In this document: in pieces, positions 6,752 to 11,509 of the stretch | Layout of the letters: each line of letters starts with the position of its first letter | Position numbering within the stretch: position 1 is the stretch's first letter | Origin: Hadesarchaea archaeon | Lineage (GTDB): Archaea > Hadarchaeota > Hadarchaeia > Hadarchaeales > Hadarchaeaceae | Direction: 5' to 3' | DNA length: 11,509 nucleotides | NCBI GenBank assembly: GCA_030619825.1 | Contig: JAUXAS010000025.1 | Location: forward strand, 1-11,509 | Notes under the pieces: model-generated | Told to the model about the DNA's origin: nothing | The model's input: the letters and a program-made list of their open reading frames with translations, nothing else | Database searches by the model: none | Made by a program: the position numbers and the translations under genes

Positions 6752-6801
6752 TACAACTTTAAATAATTCTTACAAAGACCTTCCGCTTAAAATCTGAAGG
6801 C

Positions 6802-8013
6802 TCAACAAACCGGGATTTTTCCTTCGGCGAGGTCCATGCAGAATTTGTCGATGTGCTCGAGTTCCACGTCTACCACTTCCGCTATCTTCCCCCGGACGCT
6901 CTCGATCGTGGTGCCAGGCTTCGTGATGACCCGGGCGACGGCGATCGCAGGGTCATCGATGGGTTTCCCTATCTGACTAACCAACCAAACGTAAACCTCA
7001 TTCAATCCCGAAACTTGACTGTAGATTTTATTCGCGATTCGGTGCGTGAGCAAATTGTAAATCTTGCCCACATGGCTAACGGGATTCTTGCCCGCCGCCG
7101 CCTCCGAGCCCACATGGCGGTTGAGTGGGATCACGCCGTTGGGACGATTGCCCCTCCCAACTTGACCTGAGTCCGCCCCATCAGCGCTCGTCCCAAGCAC
7201 GGTGAGGTAAACCCCTCCGACGCCCCGTCCACGTACATCAAGGGTGTTTAGATCGAGCGTGAATTTTTTGACATCAGAATTCTCCTCCACGAAGGTGCGC
7301 AGCCGCTCTAGGATCTCCCCCTTCTTCCTGAAGTAATCATCCTCGCTCTCCACGAATCGGTCAACGAAAGCCATCCCCAGGGTTAGATAGAGCTCGTCGT
7401 TCTTTCGAAACCCCATCACCTTTACGTCCTCACCAGACTCCGGGAACTCCTTCTTGAACTCCTTTGAGTTGAGGTAGCGCTCAGTCTTCAGTACTAACTG
7501 TTCGGTCCAAGTCATGGGCGCGTAGCTGACTGCAGCTGAAGTATCGTTAGCGCTAAACACCCTGCCCTTCCGCTTGAAGATATCAGTGAGTGCCGCAGAG
7601 CCGGGTCTGAGTTCTACCTGGTAGCGCATGTGCTTTTCCGGATCGACAAACCTCAAATTTTCTTTTACCCAATTCTTCGCCGCGTGAACCGCGATGTCCT
7701 TTACTGATATCCTAATCCCCTCAACCTCCTTGGTCGCCCGGTCTCCAAAGATCAAAAGCATCGGTTGCTTCACTTCGCCACCACCAAATCTCGTTTCGAC
7801 CTCTCCAGCGACGAGCAGCGACTTGTCGGCATTGTGGTGCATAATCGCGCCAAACTTTTTCAAATACTCCTTACTTAACTCGACTGAAACTCGATCCAAA
7901 ATCGCATCACATATAGAGTCGGGGTGCCCGAGGCCCTTTCGCTCAACAATCTCCAATTTCTGCTTCTCGAGAGGTTCCTGCTTGAACTCCTCGACGATTA
8001 TGTTTCGTGCCAA
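6802..8013 (-). CDS. mat: Archaeal S-adenosylmethionine synthetase
   Basis: VERKGLGHPDSICD, HHNADK, ANDTS, GEDVKVMG, YLTVLGTSA, DSGQVGRGNR, EAAAGKNPVSHVGKIYN and SQIGKPIDDP. TTG start. Confidence 0.96.
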   Translation of the reverse strand: MARNIIVEEFKQEPLEKQKLEIVERKGLGHPDSICDAILDRVSVELSKEYLKKFGAIMHHNADKSLLVAGEVETRFGGGEVKQPMLLIFGDRATKEVEGIRISVKDIAVHAAKNWVKENLRFVDPEKHMRYQVELRPGSAALTDIFKRKGRVFSANDTSAAVSYAPMTWTEQLVLKTERYLNSKEFKKEFPESGEDVKVMGFRKNDELYLTLGMAFVDRFVESEDDYFRKKGEILERLRTFVEENSDVKKFTLDLNTLDVRGRGVGGVYLTVLGTSADGADSGQVGRGNRPNGVIPLNRHVGSEAAAGKNPVSHVGKIYNLLTHRIANKIYSQVSGLNEVYVWLVSQIGKPIDDPAIAVARVITKPGTTIESVRGKIAEVVDVELEHIDKFCMDLAEGKIPVC

Positions 8014-8046
8014 GTTTACGCCTCGCGGATTTTCGGTCTGCGAGCG

Positions 8047-8078
8047 AGTTATTTATAGCTTTTGTTCAAAATATAACT
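8047..8078. promoter_or_regulatory. Divergent promoter region between mat and the HTH-CBS gene
   Basis: Minus strand AACAAAAG-CTATAAATA (BRE+TATA toward mat). Plus strand has TTTATA (8052-8057) and AATATAA (8070-8076). Contains the inverted repeat TTTTG-TT-CAAAA. Confidence 0.55.
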
Positions 8079-8098
8079 AGCAGGAATTGGCGATCTCG

Positions 8099-8680
8099 AT
8101 GCGAATTTTGAAACCATCCGAAGTGAAGGTGATGCGCACGAGGATGGGGCTTACCCAAGTGCAGCTGGCGGAACTGGCGGGCGTTACCCAAGCATACATC
8201 GCAAAGATTGAAGCCGGCACCGCAGACCCCCGAATCTCCACTCTCGAGAGAATCTCCAAGGCGCTCGAGCGGGCAACGACCGAGGAAAAGCGTGTGACCG
8301 TTGGGCAGATAATGGCCTCGCCAATAGTGGCCGTCAAGTCCGATGATCGGATAGAAAAGGCAATCCGTCTCATGAAATCCTACGATATCTCACAGCTACC
8401 CGTGCTCGATGGTGAAGCTCAAGTGGGATCAATATCTGAGGCGACGATCGTACACAAAATCGCCGCGGGTGAAAACATGCACAAGCTGCTAAGGTACAGC
8501 ATCAGCGAGATGATGGAGGGCCCGTTCCCGACGGTGGGCGAGGATGTCGATGTCGACGTCATCTACCCCCTGCTCGAACACGAACCCGCAGTCCTCGTTA
8601 TGGAACATGGGAAAGTGGCTGGGATTATCACCAAAGCTGATCTGTTCAAGCTAGCTGGAAAACCGCGAACTAAAAGCTGA
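8099..8680 (+). CDS. XRE-type HTH transcriptional regulator with C-terminal CBS pair (COG3620-like)
   Basis: R.RMGLTQVQLAELAGVTQAYIAKIEAGTADPRISTL HTH, then two CBS domains (ISQLPVLD..VGSISE; AVLV...VAGIITKADL). Start is ATG 8099 or TTG 8087. Confidence 0.92.
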   Translation: MRILKPSEVKVMRTRMGLTQVQLAELAGVTQAYIAKIEAGTADPRISTLERISKALERATTEEKRVTVGQIMASPIVAVKSDDRIEKAIRLMKSYDISQLPVLDGEAQVGSISEATIVHKIAAGENMHKLLRYSISEMMEGPFPTVGEDVDVDVIYPLLEHEPAVLVMEHGKVAGIITKADLFKLAGKPRTKS

Positions 8681-8729
8681 GCGTTCCTGATATTTTTATC
8701 CCTGACCCCCAGATTAGTAATGGTGTACC

Positions 8730-9443
8730 ATGGCTGAAGTGAGGGAAAGGATCGCGCGATGGATCGCCGGCGACATAACCATTTCCGACGACCCTGGGGA
8801 AGCCTTCAAGCGCTGGCGGGAGCGATTCGGGATGAGTCAGACCTTGCTCGCCAAGGTAATGCGCGTCTCCCCCTCGGTAATCAGCGATTACGAGGCCGGG
8901 CGGAGGAAATCACCCGGGGCCGCGACCATCAAGCGTATGGTTGACGCCTTCCTTAAGGTTGATGAGCAACAGGGCGGGAAGGTGTCCAATACCTTCGCCA
9001 AAGTGTTCGGCACCCAGTTGCCGCCCGATGTCGTGCTTGAAATCCGAGAGTTTGGCGAGCCTACCAATGGGAAGACCATCTGCAAAGCGGTCGATGGTGA
9101 TGTCGCCGCCAATAAGGACCTACTCAGCCAGAAGCTCTTCGGCTACACTATCATCGACAGCTACAAGGCAGTGTTGGGGCTCTCCGTCGACGATTTCAGA
9201 CGCCTCTACGGGCTGACCACCGAGCGGGCGCTGGTTTTCACCGGCGTGACGACGGGGCGTTCCCCCATGGTGGCAGTGAAGGTGATCGGGATAACCCCAG
9301 GGATGGTGATCTTGCATGGCGAGCTCAAACGCGTCGACGCGCTGGGGGTAAAAATAGCCGAGCTCCTGCGCGTTCCTCTCGTGACCTCGAGGCTGCCGTC
9401 CGTGGGCGACCTGCTCGAGGGGCTCCGGAAGTGTGCCCGCTAA
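8730..9443 (+). CDS. Archaeal HTH transcriptional regulator (COG1709-like, HTH plus DRTGG-like domain)
   Basis: [24 protein letters not shown]....[17 protein letters not shown], then [42 protein letters not shown]-like box at 8693-8700. Confidence 0.88.
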   Translation: MAEVRERIARWIAGDITISDDPGEAFKRWRERFGMSQTLLAKVMRVSPSVISDYEAGRRKSPGAATIKRMVDAFLKVDEQQGGKVSNTFAKVFGTQLPPDVVLEIREFGEPTNGKTICKAVDGDVAANKDLLSQKLFGYTIIDSYKAVLGLSVDDFRRLYGLTTERALVFTGVTTGRSPMVAVKVIGITPGMVILHGELKRVDALGVKIAELLRVPLVTSRLPSVGDLLEGLRKCAR

Positions 9444-9465
9444 CCCCCAACGGCAATCGCCGATG

Positions 9466-9472
9466 TTTTTTT
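9466..9472 (+). terminator. Possible oligo-T terminator
   Basis: T7 run 22 nt after the stop at 9443. Confidence 0.4.
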
Positions 9473-9479
9473 CGACAAT

Positions 9480-9494
9480 CGAAAGGCTTTTATT
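9480..9494 (+). promoter_or_regulatory. Putative BRE/TATA promoter of the HMG-CoA synthase-thiolase operon
   Basis: CGAAAGG-CTTTTATT, with an AGGTGA SD at 9541-9546 before the ATG at 9554. Confidence 0.6.
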
Positions 9495-9553
9495 GCTCTC
9501 GCTTAAGCATAGACACAAAAATTGGTGTTCGAAATAAAAAAGGTGACTCACTG

Positions 9554-10600
9554 ATGGACGTTGGTGTAGTTGGCTACGGTGTTTACATCCCCAAGTACCG
9601 CATCCGAGTCGAGGAAATAGCTAAAGTCTGGGGGGACGACCCCGAGAGCGTCAAGCGTGGACTTTTGATCGAGGAAAAATCCGTCCCGGCACCCGATGAG
9701 GACACCGCCACCATCGCGGTCGAGGCCGCACGCAACGCTTTGAAACAGACCGGCATCGACCCGCATGACATCGAAGCGATTTACGTCGGCTCGGAATCCC
9801 ACCCATATGCGGTCAAACCCACCGCAACTATCGTAGCGGAGGCCATCGAGGCCACTCCAGACCTCACCGCCGCCGACTATGAATTCGCCTGCAAGGCTGG
9901 CACCGTGGGCATCCAAACCTGCATGGGGGCTGTCGAGGCTGGCATGATAAAATACGGCATGGCGATTGGGTCGGACACCGCCCAGAGCGCACCAGGGGAT
10001 GCCCTTGAATACACCGCTGCGGCCGGGGGTTGCGCCTTTATCGTGGGTAGGAACGGGAGCAAGACCCTAGCTGCGATCGAGGACACTTACTCCTACACTA
10101 CCGACACCCCCGACTTCTGGCGCCGGGAGATGCGGTCCTACCCGAAGCACGGAGGGCGATTCACCGGAAAGCCGGGCTACTTCAAACACGTACTCGCCGC
10201 GGCCAACGGCTTGCTTCGCAAGCTCCAGCTTACCCCTCAAGATTTCGCGCACGTGGTCTTCCACCAACCCAACGGAAAATTCCCCCTGCTAGCTGCCAAG
10301 GAGCTCGGCTTCTCGAAGGAGCAGGTGGCACCCGGTCTGCTGGTGTCTAAAATAGGCAACACCTATTCTGGATCGACCATGATTGGTCTCGCCGCGGTTC
10401 TCGACCAAGCCAAACCCGAGGAGCGAATCCTCGCGGTCTCCTATGGTTCAGGCGCCGGGAGTGATGCATTCAGCATCATCGTGCGCGACGGCATCGAGGG
10501 CAAACGGGATGCTGCGCCCAAGGTGCTTGACTACGTGGGTCAGAGGGTTATCATCGACTACGCAACCTACGCGAAATTCAGGAAGTTACTGGTGAAGTAA
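9554..10600 (+). CDS. Hydroxymethylglutaryl-CoA synthase (archaeal type)
   Basis: [44 protein letters not shown] (catalytic Cys), [23 protein letters not shown] and SYGSGAGSD. Start placed at ATG 9554 after AGGTGA, not 9431. Confidence 0.96.
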   Translation: MDVGVVGYGVYIPKYRIRVEEIAKVWGDDPESVKRGLLIEEKSVPAPDEDTATIAVEAARNALKQTGIDPHDIEAIYVGSESHPYAVKPTATIVAEAIEATPDLTAADYEFACKAGTVGIQTCMGAVEAGMIKYGMAIGSDTAQSAPGDALEYTAAAGGCAFIVGRNGSKTLAAIEDTYSYTTDTPDFWRREMRSYPKHGGRFTGKPGYFKHVLAAANGLLRKLQLTPQDFAHVVFHQPNGKFPLLAAKELGFSKEQVAPGLLVSKIGNTYSGSTMIGLAAVLDQAKPEERILAVSYGSGAGSDAFSIIVRDGIEGKRDAAPKVLDYVGQRVIIDYATYAKFRKLLVK

Positions 10601-11509
10601 ATGCGCGATGTCGCAGTGATAGGTGTGGGCCTGACGAAGTTCGGCGAGCTCTGGGATGTTTCGTTCAGGCAGATGATGATGGAAGCGGGTGCCCGAGCGA
10701 TCGAGGATGCTGGAATCGACGGCAAACAAATCGATGCGATGTATGTAGGGAATATGTCCTCTGGACAATTTATCCGCCAAGAGCACATCTCCTCCATCGT
10801 CGCGGACCACGCGGGGCTCGTGCCCATTCCCTCAACGCGCGTCGAAGGGGCCTGCGCGTCGGACGGGCTGGCGCTCCGTCAAGCAGTGATCGCCGTGGCT
10901 TCAGGTATCCATGACATCATCGTTGCAGGTGGTATAGAAAAAATGACTGATGTGCTGACCGGACAAGCAACGGGAGCACTCGCGACCGCCGCCGACCAGG
11001 AGTGGGAGATATTCGTGGGCGCCACTTTCCCGGGCCTCTACGCGCTGATGGCTCGCCGCCACATGTACGAGTTCGGGACTACCGAGGAGCAGATGGCGAT
11101 GGTTGCGGTCAAAAACCACCACAACGCGTGCTTCAACACATGCGCGCAATATAAAATGGAAATAACCGTCGAAGATGTGTTGAAATCGCCGGTGGTTACC
11201 TCGCCCATAAAATTGCTCGATTGCTCCCCGATCACCGACGGCGCCGCCTGTGTGATTCTCGCCCCAGCGGAGAAGGCGCGGAAGTTCACCGATACCCCTA
11301 TCGTGGTCACCGGGACCGGGCAAGCGAGCGACACCATCTCGCTCCATGGCCGCTCCTCGCTCACGAGCATACGGGCTACCACCGAAGCGGCGCAGACGGC
11401 GTACAAGATGGCTCGTGTCAAGCCGGATGACATCGACCTCGTGGAAGTTCACGACTGCTTCACCATCGCGGAGATCATGGCGATCGAGGACCTAGGCTTC
11501 TGCAAGAAG
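10601..11509 (+). CDS. Acetoacetyl-CoA thiolase (archaeal SCP2-like), 3' end outside the window
   Basis: Not in the ORF track. Open frame from the ATG directly after the [25 protein letters not shown]...RVEGACAS (Cys85)...GGIEKMTD...[14 protein letters not shown]...VAVKNHHN...[10 protein letters not shown]...[20 protein letters not shown]. Confidence 0.95.
   Translation, partial: MRDVAVIGVGLTKFGELWDVSFRQMMMEAGARAIEDAGIDGKQIDAMYVGNMSSGQFIRQEHISSIVADHAGLVPIPSTRVEGACASDGLALRQAVIAVASGIHDIIVAGGIEKMTDVLTGQATGALATAADQEWEIFVGATFPGLYALMARRHMYEFGTTEEQMAMVAVKNHHNACFNTCAQYKMEITVEDVLKSPVVTSPIKLLDCSPITDGAACVILAPAEKARKFTDTPIVVTGTGQASDTISLHGRSSLTSIRATTEAAQTAYKMARVKPDDIDLVEVHDCFTIAEIMAIEDLGFCKK

Noticed and set aside
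6779..6800. CCTTC...GAAGG inverted repeat between mat and tgtA as a structured RNA or riboswitch
   Set aside because: 5-bp stem with a 12-nt loop in a 50-nt spacer; too weak to support a call.
3462..9509. GCTTAAGC palindrome shared by the hydrogenase promoter (3463-3470) and HMGS leader (9501-9508) as a common operator
   Set aside because: Only 8-9 bp, at different positions relative to the TATA box, and the first copy is probably the TATA box itself.
9431..9553. 41-aa N-terminal extension of HMG-CoA synthase in the ORF track
   Set aside because: It spans a T-tract, promoter and SD; homology starts at Met 9554.
757..11452. Numerous antisense or alternate-frame ORFs (e.g. 757-1080, 3023-3430, 4221-4652, 7694-8080, 9120-9551, 10901-11452)
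   Set aside because: All shadow well-supported genes, lack motifs, and are expected in GC-rich DNA.
1..11509. tRNA/rRNA genes, CRISPR arrays, IS elements, tandem repeats
   Set aside because: Intergenic gaps are about 110 nt or less and show no such structure, and no transposase or integrase ORF is present.

Overview
Archaeal chromosomal window: it carries archaeal-type SAM synthetase, archaeosine TGT, HMG-CoA synthase and thiolase, and has BRE/TATA promoters. The lineage cannot be fixed from sequence alone. The left 3.4 kb (minus strand, running off the window start) is a tightly coupled operon: 4x[4Fe-4S] protein, NuoC/MbhK-like subunit, HdrB, group 4 [NiFe]-hydrogenase large subunit, small subunit. 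The key observation is that the NuoC-like subunit carries a ~77-aa C-terminal extension that reads like the HdrB-contacting C-terminal arm of HdrC, minus its ferredoxin domain. This suggests a hydrogenase with heterodisulfide reductase HdrB docked directly through a chimeric subunit. The rest is mostly housekeeping. On the minus strand: ribose-1,5-bisphosphate isomerase, a small unknown protein, an Lrp/AsnC regulator, a PUA-less tgtA and mat. Divergently, on the plus strand: an HTH-CBS regulator, a second HTH regulator, HMG-CoA synthase and a thiolase (truncated by the window end). No RNA genes, mobile elements or CRISPR arrays were seen. All family assignments come from motif recognition by eye, not database searches.
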